A stretch of 42,851 nucleotides of DNA from Candidatus Limnocylindrus sp. (GCA_044343985.1 JBIJDR010000003.1:1-42851), one strand, 5' to 3'; shown: positions 32,825 through 41,413, counted from the stretch's first letter. Notes: a model not told the origin generated them from the sequence alone. A program made the numbers and translations.

Positions 32825-34011
32825 CTGCGCTTGCGCGGCAGGTCCAAGAAGGGAAGTGGCACCACGGTGGCGGGGATCGAATGGCGCGTCTCCTCAATCT
32901 GCCACTCAATGCCCACGGTGCTGCCAACTTCGGCGTGCTTTACTGGGAGGAAGCCGAGGGCAATAGAGCGCTTCAGGAGTGGCGAGAAGGTGCCGCTCGT
33001 TGCGCGGCCAATGGTCTCGCCCTTGCGCGTGAGTGGCGTGACGTGGCGCCAGGCGCGGAGCGGATGCTCAATCGGGTAGCCGAGATCAAGGTAGGCGTCT
33101 TCAAAGACGTTAAGGTCAAGCTCGAGTCCAACGAGTCGACTGGCGGGGCCACCTGCTGCAACTTCGTTCATGAGCGCGCGCTTCCCAATGAAGGCGGGCT
33201 TATCAAGGTCAACGAGTCGATCCATGCCGATCTCATACGGCGAGATGGCGAGGCTTGGGTGCCTGGCGGTGCGACTGGAGTGATAGTCAACGCCCGCCAT
33301 GATCAGTCCGGCTTCGAGTCGTGCAACATCGAGCGCCTCCATCCCCGCAACGCGCAGGGTGTAGTCCTCGCCAGACTTGATGAGGGCATCCCAGACTGGG
33401 AGCGCTTCGTCGAACGGCATCCAGAGTTCGTAGCCAAGGTCGCCGGAGTAGCCGGTGCGCGAGATCCCCACCGCCGTGCCACCGATCGTCACATCGGCGC
33501 GACCGAAGAAGGGGAGGTCGGACATGTCGCGGCCAACGGCGGCGGAGAGCACGTCGCGTGCGCGTGGTCCCTGCAGTGAGAGGGCGCAGAGCTTCTCCGT
33601 CATGTCTTCAATGGTCGCGTTCAGGCCTTCGCCTGCCGCTTCGAGCCAGCCGTGCTGCGGCTCTGCGGCGGTCCAGAAGTAGGAGCCGTCGGCGAGGAGC
33701 GCCACGGTGCCGTCATCAAGGACGCGGCCGTCGTGATCGCACCATGGTGTGTAGATAGCGCGCATCGGCTTGATGCGATCAACACGGCGGGTGATGACGC
33801 GATCAACGAGCTTCGCCGCATCTGGTCCGGTGATGCGGTACTTGCACATTGGGGTGACGTCAAAGAGCGCCGCGGAGAAGCGGATCGCATGGTATTCCAA
33901 GTCGTGCGCTGGGAAATACGAGTCGGCGATGAAGAAGCCCGACCACTTGCGCCAGCGGCGTGCCTGATTGAGTTCGGCGGTACGAGGGTGGAACGGCGTT
34001 TCAAGCGTCAT
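32821..34011 (-). CDS. GcvT-family (aminomethyltransferase / folate-binding) protein, not canonical glycine cleavage T
   Basis: TPFH, LFDVTP, GRVLDDG, LSLQGP, SRTGYSGDLGYELW, ARLEAG, FSPLLKRSIALG; no gcvH or gcvP nearby. Confidence 0.9.
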   Translation of the reverse strand: MTLETPFHPRTAELNQARRWRKWSGFFIADSYFPAHDLEYHAIRFSAALFDVTPMCKYRITGPDAAKLVDRVITRRVDRIKPMRAIYTPWCDHDGRVLDDGTVALLADGSYFWTAAEPQHGWLEAAGEGLNATIEDMTEKLCALSLQGPRARDVLSAAVGRDMSDLPFFGRADVTIGGTAVGISRTGYSGDLGYELWMPFDEALPVWDALIKSGEDYTLRVAGMEALDVARLEAGLIMAGVDYHSSRTARHPSLAISPYEIGMDRLVDLDKPAFIGKRALMNEVAAGGPASRLVGLELDLNVFEDAYLDLGYPIEHPLRAWRHVTPLTRKGETIGRATSGTFSPLLKRSIALGFLPVKHAEVGSTVGIEWQIEETRHSIPATVVPLPFLDLPRKRS

Positions 34012-34098
34012 GCGACTCCCCCTCTCCTGAACTCCCTCTTGGCGGTACTATTGCCCGCACCCGCATCCTAGCGATTCGGGGCGAGTCTGGGAGGGTCA

Positions 34099-35688
34099 GT
34101 GGCGGAACGGTACAACGCAATCGTCATTGGCGGCGGCCATAACGGACTCACCACCGCCGCCTACCTCGCGAAGGCGGGGCTGAAGACGCTCGTCCTTGAA
34201 CGCCGCTCCATTCTTGGCGGCGCAACCCTGACCGAATCGCCGGTCCCTGGCTACAAGTTCTCTGTTGCCTCGTACCTTGTGAGCCTGCTGCGACCGCAGG
34301 TGATTCGCGAGCTCGACCTTGCGAAGCACGGCCTGCAGATGGCGCCATCCGTTGGCACCTACACGGCGCACTGGGATGGTTACCTTGATCGACGCACCGA
34401 TCACGCCGACACGATCCGCGAGATTCGCAAGTGGTCGCATAAGGATGCGGATAACTACGACGACTTCAAGCAGACGGTCAACGACATCACCCGATTCATC
34501 CGTCCAGCGATCGATATGCCAGCCCCTGATCCGTACGGCGACCCACACGAGTGGCTCGACTATGCAGGACTCGCCAAAGACTTTGGCCACCTCCCACTGC
34601 GCACCAAGGGCGCCCTTCTCGACTTAATTACGGGCAGCGCCTACGACTTCCTCTCCCGCTGGTTCGAGGGCGAACCGCTCGTTGCCACCATGTCTGCATC
34701 GGGGATCATCGGCACCTTCCTTGGCATCAAGTCGCCAGGGACGGGGATGGTCTTCCTGCATCACTACTTTGGCGAGATCGACGGCTCCTTCCGCGAGTGG
34801 GCGCTCCCGCAGGGCGGCACTGGCGCCGTTGCCACCGCAATTGCCAACGCGGCACGCTTCCATGGCGCAACGACACGCACCGACGCACCAGTGAAGCAGA
34901 TCCTGCTGAAGGGCGATCGCGCCATTGGCGTGGTGCTTGAGTCTGGCGAGGAGATTCACGCAGATACCGTTGTCTCTGCCGCCGACGCACGGCACACGTT
35001 CTTGGATATGCTCCCCGCCGGTTCGCTGCCGAACGACTTTGAACGCGCCATCCGCAACTTCAAGTTCCGTGGCTCCAGCGCAAAGGTGAACTTCGCGTTG
35101 GATGGTCTTCCAACGTTTACCGCAGCGCCTCCGGGGAACGGTCACCTGATGGGGACCGTGAGCATCTCCCCGAGCCCCGATTACATGGAGAAGGCGTACG
35201 ACGATGCGAAGCATGGGCATCCGAGCCACCGCCCATTCCTAGACATGCTGATCCCAACACTCGTTGATCCATCCATGGCGCCTCCAGGGAAGCACGTCGC
35301 CACCGCATTCGTGCAGTACGCGCCGCATAAGTTGGCGCCAGAGCACGGCACATGGGACGACATCAAAGAGAGCTTCGGCGACTTGGTGGTGGACACCATC
35401 TCCGAATTCGCGCCGGACTTCCGCAACAAGATTGTTGGTCGGCAGATCATGACGCCGCTCGACCTTGAGCGAACCATTGGCCTAACGGAAGGAAACATCT
35501 TCCAGGGCGAGATCTTGGTGCAACAGATGGCGTTCAACCGACCAGTCAGCGGTTGGGCGCGCTATAAGACGCCGATCAAGGATTACTGGCTCGCAAGCTC
35601 CTCTGCACATCCAGGCGGCGGCATCATGGCGGCACCTGGCCGGCTGGCGGCGCTTGAGATCTTGAAGTCCAAAGCGGGGGACGAGTAA
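34099..35688 (+). CDS. FAD-dependent oxidoreductase, phytoene dehydrogenase-like (PYROXD2-type)
   Basis: IVIGGGHNGL..AAYLA, LERR, GGTGAV, TPLDLE, GNIFQG, AHPGGG; SD GGAGG. Confidence 0.9.
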   Translation: MAERYNAIVIGGGHNGLTTAAYLAKAGLKTLVLERRSILGGATLTESPVPGYKFSVASYLVSLLRPQVIRELDLAKHGLQMAPSVGTYTAHWDGYLDRRTDHADTIREIRKWSHKDADNYDDFKQTVNDITRFIRPAIDMPAPDPYGDPHEWLDYAGLAKDFGHLPLRTKGALLDLITGSAYDFLSRWFEGEPLVATMSASGIIGTFLGIKSPGTGMVFLHHYFGEIDGSFREWALPQGGTGAVATAIANAARFHGATTRTDAPVKQILLKGDRAIGVVLESGEEIHADTVVSAADARHTFLDMLPAGSLPNDFERAIRNFKFRGSSAKVNFALDGLPTFTAAPPGNGHLMGTVSISPSPDYMEKAYDDAKHGHPSHRPFLDMLIPTLVDPSMAPPGKHVATAFVQYAPHKLAPEHGTWDDIKESFGDLVVDTISEFAPDFRNKIVGRQIMTPLDLERTIGLTEGNIFQGEILVQQMAFNRPVSGWARYKTPIKDYWLASSSAHPGGGIMAAPGRLAALEILKSKAGDE

Positions 35689-37367
35689 TGGCAGCGAAGA
35701 AGAAGTCAGTAGCGCCCGCAGAGAAGGCAGCAGCGAAGAAGTCGCGCAACAGCGCCGACGTGATCGTCCTTGGCGGCGGGCATAACGGGCTCGTTGCGGC
35801 GGCGTACCTGGCGCGCGCGGGGATCAAGACGATCCTCCTTGAGGCGCGCGGCGAACTCGGCGGCATGGCACTTACGGCGGAGATTGATGGCGTCAAGGCG
35901 CCGATGCTGGCGCACACCGTTGGTCGATTCCGCCCACGCGTGGCGCGGGACCTTGGCCTCGCCGGCAGCGTGCGACTTGTTGAGCCAGAGGTGCGCTCGT
36001 TTGCACCACATCCAACGAACGGAACATCGATCACGCTCTATCGCGATCCTGAAAAGAGTGCGAAGGAGCTTGAGAAGCGACCGAACGGCAAAGAGACCGC
36101 CGCGGGATTCCTGAAGCTTGATGGTCGACTCCGTCGCATCGGCGCCTACTTCGAGCAGGTGTTGGACGGCGTGCCGCCAGATCTTGATGGCGGCAAGTCC
36201 GTTGCAGAGATGCTCGCAGGCTTCGCCTTCCGCAAGCCATTCACCGATCTAAAAGAGGGCGATGGTCGCGAGATCCTGCGCATCCTCCCAATGTCTGCAT
36301 CAGACCTAGTTGGCGAGTACATCCAACACGACGAGCACCTTCTCGCCATGCTCGCCTGGCGCGGCGCTATCTACAACGCGGTTGGCCCAATGAGCCCAGG
36401 GACCGCCGCCACCATGCTCTTCGACGGCATCACCGGCGACGGCGCCGATGGTGGCGCGGCGGGGCAGACCGTTGTGGCGATCGGTGGGCCTGGTGCGCTT
36501 GCTACGGCACTCGCCGATGCGGCGCGCGGCTTCGGCGCCGAAGTGCGCACTGGCGCGAAGGTTGTTGCCATCACAGAACAGGACGGTCGCGTCACAGGCG
36601 TTGCGCTGGCGAGCGGCGAAGAGATTGCTGCGCCGTACGTCCTCTCAACGCTTGACCCAAAGACCACGCTGCTGAGCCTCCTCGGCGTTGAGGCAACGGG
36701 TCCAGATCTCCGACGACGCCTCCGCGCAACGCGCAGTGCTGGCGTCACCGCAAAACTCAACCTGCTCGTTGACAAGCTCCCTACATTTACCGCCGCGGGG
36801 AAGGGCGAAGCGGCGGAGCAGACGCTGCGCGGCCGCATCGTGATCTTGGAGAGCATCCTCGGCATTGAGAAGGCCTTTGACGCATCCAAGTACGGCCAGA
36901 TCAGCGAGACGCCAGTGATTGAGGCGCTGATCCCAACGCTGATCGATCCATCACTCGCGCCAGACGGCCGCCACATCATCAGCTGCGTGGTGCAGTACGC
37001 GCCCGCGGTGCTCAAGGACGGCGAATGGGACGAGCCAACGCGCAAGGCCTTCGCAGACAGCGTGGTGGCGCAGCTTGAACAGGTTGCACCAGGGATCACG
37101 CGTCTGATTAGCGCGCGGCAGTTGATTACGCCAGCAGACCTGCAGAGCGATTGGGGTGCTACGGGTGGACACGCCATGCATGTCAATGAAGGATTCGACC
37201 AGTTTGCGCAGTGGCGTCCGCTCTACGGAATCGGCCGATATGAGACGCCGATCGACGGTCTCTTCCTCTCTGGCGCTGGCACCCATCCGGGCGGCGGCGT
37301 CACTGGTGCGCCTGGCGCCAATGCCGCTGAAGCGCTGATTCGCCACCTTCGCCGCGCCGCCGACTAG
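35688..37367 (+). CDS. FAD-dependent oxidoreductase, phytoene dehydrogenase-like, second divergent paralog
   Basis: LGGGHNGLVAAAYLA, GGPGAL, TPADL, GAGTHPGGGVTGAPG; TAATG overlap with the first; Lys/Ala-rich N-terminus. Confidence 0.88.
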   Translation: MAAKKKSVAPAEKAAAKKSRNSADVIVLGGGHNGLVAAAYLARAGIKTILLEARGELGGMALTAEIDGVKAPMLAHTVGRFRPRVARDLGLAGSVRLVEPEVRSFAPHPTNGTSITLYRDPEKSAKELEKRPNGKETAAGFLKLDGRLRRIGAYFEQVLDGVPPDLDGGKSVAEMLAGFAFRKPFTDLKEGDGREILRILPMSASDLVGEYIQHDEHLLAMLAWRGAIYNAVGPMSPGTAATMLFDGITGDGADGGAAGQTVVAIGGPGALATALADAARGFGAEVRTGAKVVAITEQDGRVTGVALASGEEIAAPYVLSTLDPKTTLLSLLGVEATGPDLRRRLRATRSAGVTAKLNLLVDKLPTFTAAGKGEAAEQTLRGRIVILESILGIEKAFDASKYGQISETPVIEALIPTLIDPSLAPDGRHIISCVVQYAPAVLKDGEWDEPTRKAFADSVVAQLEQVAPGITRLISARQLITPADLQSDWGATGGHAMHVNEGFDQFAQWRPLYGIGRYETPIDGLFLSGAGTHPGGGVTGAPGANAAEALIRHLRRAAD

Positions 37368-37421
37368 CGCGCATCTGATCGGTTTCTCTCACGTTTCGTC
37401 GCAGCCGCGACATTAAGGTCC

Positions 37422-37511
37422 CGACACTCTGAGCGTGGGTCATGAAAGCAATTCATATCTGCTTGACGAGATATGCGTTACATGTGCAGAACCTGCGACA
37501 CTCAGAGCATG
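37422..37511 (+). repeat. Imperfect 16-bp direct repeat CGACACTC(T/A)GAGC(G/A)TG (37422-37437 and 37496-37511)
   Basis: 14/16 identity, seen directly; each copy ends in a start codon. Confidence 0.7.
37454..37475. promoter_or_regulatory. Palindrome CATATCT-N8-AGATATG, candidate TetR operator
   Basis: Perfect 7-bp inverted repeat enclosing TTGACG, upstream of the TetR gene. Confidence 0.55.
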
Positions 37512-38249
37512 AAGTCCTCCACCCGTGTCACCAAGGGGAAGATCGTTGTGGAGTCGAGCGCGAAGCTCACTCCCGACGCCTTCCCGCTCAAGGACTGGAT
37601 CCCTGGGCGACGACGCGTCCCAACTCAGGAGCGCTCCCAGCGCACGCGCCGCCAGATCCTTAGCGCCGCTGAGGCGCTCGCCAAGAACGAAGGCGTGGGG
37701 AACATCACGATGCAGATGATCGCCGCCAAGTCAAAGATCGCCGCCGGGACGGCCTACCAGTTCTTTGATGATCGCGACGCGATCTTCGCCGAGATCTACG
37801 AAGAGTGGGCGGTGACCTTCTGGGCCACGCTGAACAAGGCCACCGCAACGCGCTGGACTGACGCCACCTGGCGTAGCGAGCTCCACGGCCTCATCACCCA
37901 GATGGGGAAGTTCTACTTGGAGAGCTCGTCGCGCTGGGACATCATTCGCTACGTGGAGTCCACCAAGCAGGGACGCGGTGCAATGCGCACCCTCCTTGAT
38001 GCGAACATCAGCCGCTTCTGCGACTGGGCGGGACCGCTCTTCAGGGCGCGCGGCTATAGCGCAGCGGAGTGCAAGGCGATCTGTGGGCTCTTGGTCCGCA
38101 CCATTCGAGGCCACTGGGTCTACGGCGTCTACACCGCTCAGGAGCTGCGCGAACTCTCAAAGACTGCGGAAGACGGCATGACCGCCATCGTGGAGGTGAA
38201 GCTCACACGCGCCAGCCGACCACGAACCGTGACCGGAAAGAGCGTCTAG
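37509..38249 (+). CDS. TetR/AcrR family transcriptional regulator
   Basis: PTQERSQRTRRQILSAA, ITMQMIAAKSKIAAGTAYQFFDDRDAI HTH; start ATG37509 preferred. Confidence 0.88.
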   Translation: MKSSTRVTKGKIVVESSAKLTPDAFPLKDWIPGRRRVPTQERSQRTRRQILSAAEALAKNEGVGNITMQMIAAKSKIAAGTAYQFFDDRDAIFAEIYEEWAVTFWATLNKATATRWTDATWRSELHGLITQMGKFYLESSSRWDIIRYVESTKQGRGAMRTLLDANISRFCDWAGPLFRARGYSAAECKAICGLLVRTIRGHWVYGVYTAQELRELSKTAEDGMTAIVEVKLTRASRPRTVTGKSV

Positions 38250-38857
38250 CTTTCGTTTAGGGGATTGTTTCCAGTTCGTGAACGATACGCCCCGAGATAG
38301 AGGAGCAGGCCCACCACCGCCAGCGCAAAGCGCTCAGCGAATCCCGCCCCGCCCCCCACGAAGCCACCCACGAAACCGGCCCCGATGAATAGTGCCGTGT
38401 GGAGCAGCACGCGCCGCGGGCGCGTCAGGCGCGAGCCGACATACAGAAGACTGCCAGCAGCGAGCAGCGCGAACATCGGGTGTAGTCGACCCGGCACGCT
38501 CACCACGCCCCAGCCAGGATCGGTGGGGAAGGCAACCACGCCGATCACGCCGATCGCACCAATAGCGAGCCCGCGCAGGACGCCGCGATACGCGTTCTTC
38601 AGCGCACCATCTGCGGAGCGCTCGCGCAGGCGTACAAAGAGCAGGATCAGCACCACGAAGAGTGCGGCGAGGCCGGTATGGAAGAGCCAGGCCACACTCC
38701 CGAGCGCGTGTTCGGAGGCGGCGTAGATGCGGGCGTCGAGTGTTGGGTCAAGCAGATCGCAGGCCAGGATGGCGCCAGCCCCAACAAGGACCAGGATCTC
38801 TGCCGCGCGGCCGCGCGCGAGGCGCAGGAGGGCGTGTGGTGTGCGAAATGCGGGCAT
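38246..38857 (-). CDS. Membrane protein, DUF998-like
   Basis: About 6 hydrophobic segments; ASEHALGSVAW, FPTDP, GRLH, GFAER resemble DUF998; ATG38857 lies 6 nt after TACTAT. Confidence 0.65.
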   Translation of the reverse strand: MPAFRTPHALLRLARGRAAEILVLVGAGAILACDLLDPTLDARIYAASEHALGSVAWLFHTGLAALFVVLILLFVRLRERSADGALKNAYRGVLRGLAIGAIGVIGVVAFPTDPGWGVVSVPGRLHPMFALLAAGSLLYVGSRLTRPRRVLLHTALFIGAGFVGGFVGGGAGFAERFALAVVGLLLYLGAYRSRTGNNPLNES

Positions 38858-38893
38858 GCACACATAGTAGCGGCGAAGCCTCATAATCGCCGC

Positions 38894-39442
38894 ATGATCC
38901 TTCCAGAGCCGCGCGACAGGTTCCGTGGTCGACTCCCAAAGCGTTGGGTGGCGATCGACTTTGAGACGACCGGCATCTGGAGCAAGGAGCCCGATGTTGC
39001 GGTGATTGAGGTTGGCCTCATCACCTTTGAAGGTGATCACGAAGTTGCCGCCTGGTCCACGCTGGTCAAATCCGGAACAGCAGTGAGCGACTTCATTGCC
39101 GAGCTGACTGGCATTACACAGTTGATGGTAGATACGGACGGGGTGAACGCAGATGATGCTGGCGATGCGCTCGCCGAGCGGCTCGCTGGCGCAGAGCTTG
39201 TGATTGCTCACAACATGGCGTTCGACATCAATGGGCTCGACTGGCTCGGCATTGAGCTTGGGCGCGACCAGCACACCTTCTGCACCATGAAGGGGCTCAC
39301 TGCGCCGGATCAGAAGTGGCCACGCCTGGAAGAGGTGGTCGCCGAGTTCCACATCAAGACGGAAGGGCAGGCGCACCGTGCCGAGAGCGACGCCCGCACC
39401 GCTGGTCGTGTCTTTATTGAGATGGTTCGACGCGGCTATTAG
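38894..39442 (+). CDS. Stand-alone DEDDh 3'-5' exonuclease (DnaQ-like)
   Basis: ExoI DFETTG, ExoII AHNMAFD, ExoIII HRAESDA; ATG38894 lies 6 nt after CATAAT. Confidence 0.9.
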   Translation: MILPEPRDRFRGRLPKRWVAIDFETTGIWSKEPDVAVIEVGLITFEGDHEVAAWSTLVKSGTAVSDFIAELTGITQLMVDTDGVNADDAGDALAERLAGAELVIAHNMAFDINGLDWLGIELGRDQHTFCTMKGLTAPDQKWPRLEEVVAEFHIKTEGQAHRAESDARTAGRVFIEMVRRGY

Positions 39443-39453
39443 TTTCCCAGTTC

Positions 39454-39492
39454 GTGTCAGGCACTTGACACAGGTGAGATCTACGGTAGGGT
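39454..39492 (+). promoter_or_regulatory. Promoter TTGACA-N16-TAGGGT overlapped by palindrome GTGTCA-N6-TGACAC
   Basis: -35 at 39465-39470, -10 at 39487-39492, inverted repeat at 39454-39471. Confidence 0.55.
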
Positions 39493-39544
39493 TGCCGATC
39501 CCGCACGGCGCCGCCGTACGGCTCTGCTGAGCGAAAGGAGCCCT

Positions 39545-39925
39545 ATGAGTCAACTCTCCAGCCGCATCCGCGCCGACGTCCCAAAGCGTCGCCGCCCGAA
39601 CCGTGCCCGCCTGATGAGCGTTTATGTGGCGGGTGCAACCGCTTACTGCGCCTGGGCGTATCCGAACGAGCGCCTCGTGATCACCACCGCGCCAATGGGC
39701 CCGGAGATCGTCACGCTGATTGAGCAGCTCGACGCAAACGACGCCGTCTATTTAGAGGAGGGCGCCACAGAGATTGAGGAGATTGACTTCGCCGCATCGT
39801 TCGGTGCCTATATACCTGACGGTATGACAACCAAGCCGCAGCGCGCCGTGGTGCCGCCATCTGCGCGTCGCGCGCTCGGCGTTGCACTGCTTGCGCGCAG
39901 CAAGGCACGTAGAAACATCTCGTAA
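39545..39925 (+). CDS. Hypothetical protein (126 aa)
   Basis: SD AAAGGAG, own promoter, downstream hairpin; no recognised family. Confidence 0.7.
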   Translation: MSQLSSRIRADVPKRRRPNRARLMSVYVAGATAYCAWAYPNERLVITTAPMGPEIVTLIEQLDANDAVYLEEGATEIEEIDFAASFGAYIPDGMTTKPQRAVVPPSARRALGVALLARSKARRNIS

Positions 39926-39948
39926 GCGCGCGCGACCAGAGCGCAACA

Positions 39949-39978
39949 AGAAGCCCCGCCCAAATGGGCGGGGCTTCT
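39949..39978. terminator. Intrinsic terminator, probably bidirectional
   Basis: 13-bp stem AGAAGCCCCGCCC-aaat-GGGCGGGGCTTCT between convergent genes; U-rich tail on the minus strand. Confidence 0.85.
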
Positions 39979-40023
39979 CATCTTCAGCGAAGAGCGCGCC
40001 GCGCGAACGCGACGCGAGTCAGC

Positions 40024-40356
40024 TTACTTGTTGTTTGTACCGAAGATGCTCCAGCCGGTCGAAGCGGCAGGTGCCGCAGCGGCCTTCTTGGATGACTTCT
40101 TCTTCGAAGCCTTCTTCTTCTTAGGCGCGGCCTTCTTGGCAGCGGCCTTCTTGACAGCCTTCTTCGCCGTCTTCTTCTTTGCGGTCTTCTTGGCAACCTT
40201 CTTCACAGCCTTCTTAACGGCCTTCTTGGCTACCTTCTTGACGGCCTTCTTCGCAGCGGCCTTCTTAGGAGCCGCCTTCTTCTTCGCCTTCTTTACCTTT
40301 GGCGCGGCAGGCGCTGCAGCTGCAACAGCCTTCTTTGCCTTCTTCTTTGCTGCCAT
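40024..40356 (-). CDS. Histone H1-like Lys/Ala-rich small basic protein (110 aa)
   Basis: ATG40356 after GAGGTG SD; KKAVKK, KKAA and PKK repeats; terminator downstream; upstream hairpin CAGGACC-N5-GGTCCTG at 40381-40399. Confidence 0.8.
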   Translation of the reverse strand: MAAKKKAKKAVAAAAPAAPKVKKAKKKAAPKKAAAKKAVKKVAKKAVKKAVKKVAKKTAKKKTAKKAVKKAAAKKAAPKKKKASKKKSSKKAAAAPAASTGWSIFGTNNK

Positions 40357-40471
40357 GTTTTTCACCTCAACTAAACTCCCCAGGACCCATCTGGTCCTGC
40401 GACCTCTAGCGTGCCAGACTGCGGCGATTTTGTGAAGCGCACAAGTTGCAGGGCGCAACGCCAGCCCGTCG

Positions 40472-41413
40472 TTAACGACCCTCGCCGCCCCGCGGGGTCA
40501 GGTGGATTCCCGCCAGGGTGCATCGCACCGAGCCGCCCGAGCGTTCAATCGTTGGGATGCTGATCGGGAAAACGTGCGTAAAACGCTCGATCAGCGCACG
40601 TTGATCGGGCCGCAGTGCCGCCGCCGCGCGCGCTGAGAGGGCGAAGATGCGCCGGCCGTCGGCGCCCAAAAGCTCAAGCCCGTTTCCCGCAAATTCGGCG
40701 ATCTGGCCGGGGTCCAGCACCACCACCGCCCGCCCGGAGCCTGTGAGCCGCGCTTGGACCCGGGCCCGCTCGGCGGGGTCGGGGATGTTGCCGAGGCCTG
40801 CGGTGACGAATTTGGTCCCAATGGAGAGCACCACATTGGTGTGATAAATCGGCGCGCCATGCGCATCCACCGTGTCGAAGATCTCTGCGTCGTAACCCAT
40901 TGCTGAACACCAACGCAGTGCCGCCACAGTGTGCGCGCGACCGGATCGCGCAACATATGCCACGCGATTCACATGATCTAACACCAGCGCACCAGTCCCT
41001 TCAAGGTAGAGGGCATCCTGCTCCATTGCAGACATGTCAATCACATCACTCACTACGTACCGCTCGCGCAGCGCGTCAATCACATCCGTGCGCCGTTCGC
41101 GTCGCCGGCTCGGTGTGGCCATGGGGTAGAGCACCACGCGGCCGTCGCTATGCGTGCTGATCCAGTTGTTTGGGAATACGGAATCGGGTACGTCACTGCC
41201 AGGGAGATCATCAATCAGCAGCACCTCAACGCCAAGCTCACGCAGTCCCGCCGCAATTCGGGCAACCTCTACGCGCGCCTCTGCCGCCACCGCCGCGCGC
41301 TCCGTTGCATCAAAAATCGCAGCATCTTGGAAGGCGTTATCCAGAGCCGTCTCAGGGTTCGGATTGAACCCGAGCGGGTTGATCATCAGGACGGCGCGTG
41401 GTGACTGGTTCAT
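40472..41413 (-). CDS. Amidinotransferase (pentein) family hydrolase, CtlX-like
   Basis: NPETALDNAFQ, PDSVFPNNW, LYPM..RRRER, LEGTG, IYHTNV, GGSVRC. Confidence 0.88.
   Translation of the reverse strand: MNQSPRAVLMINPLGFNPNPETALDNAFQDAAIFDATERAAVAAEARVEVARIAAGLRELGVEVLLIDDLPGSDVPDSVFPNNWISTHSDGRVVLYPMATPSRRRERRTDVIDALRERYVVSDVIDMSAMEQDALYLEGTGALVLDHVNRVAYVARSGRAHTVAALRWCSAMGYDAEIFDTVDAHGAPIYHTNVVLSIGTKFVTAGLGNIPDPAERARVQARLTGSGRAVVVLDPGQIAEFAGNGLELLGADGRRIFALSARAAAALRPDQRALIERFTHVFPISIPTIERSGGSVRCTLAGIHLTPRGGEGR

Noticed and set aside
32788-33579. 263-aa plus-strand ORF after btuD
   Set aside because: Lies almost wholly antisense to the well-supported GcvT-family gene
34099-37367. Carotenoid biosynthesis (crtI/crtO) call
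   Set aside because: No crtB, crtE or cyclase neighbours; the context is GcvT-linked
37473-37508. TetR N-terminal CxxC extension (MRYMCRTCD)
   Set aside because: Overlaps the palindrome and promoter, has no SD; ATG37509 fits better
38678-38893. Zinc-finger-like (CAKC..H) N-terminal domain on the DEDDh nuclease
   Set aside because: Antisense to the DUF998-like gene and upstream of the likely leaderless start at 38894
38858-39553. 435-aa ORF suggesting a long fusion to the membrane protein
   Set aside because: The upstream part is the antisense shadow of the exonuclease
40028-40435. Repetitive CTT-rich DNA as a CRISPR array or microsatellite, and the Phe/Leu/Ala-rich plus-strand ORF
   Set aside because: No fixed repeat-spacer period; explained by Lys/Ala codons on the minus strand
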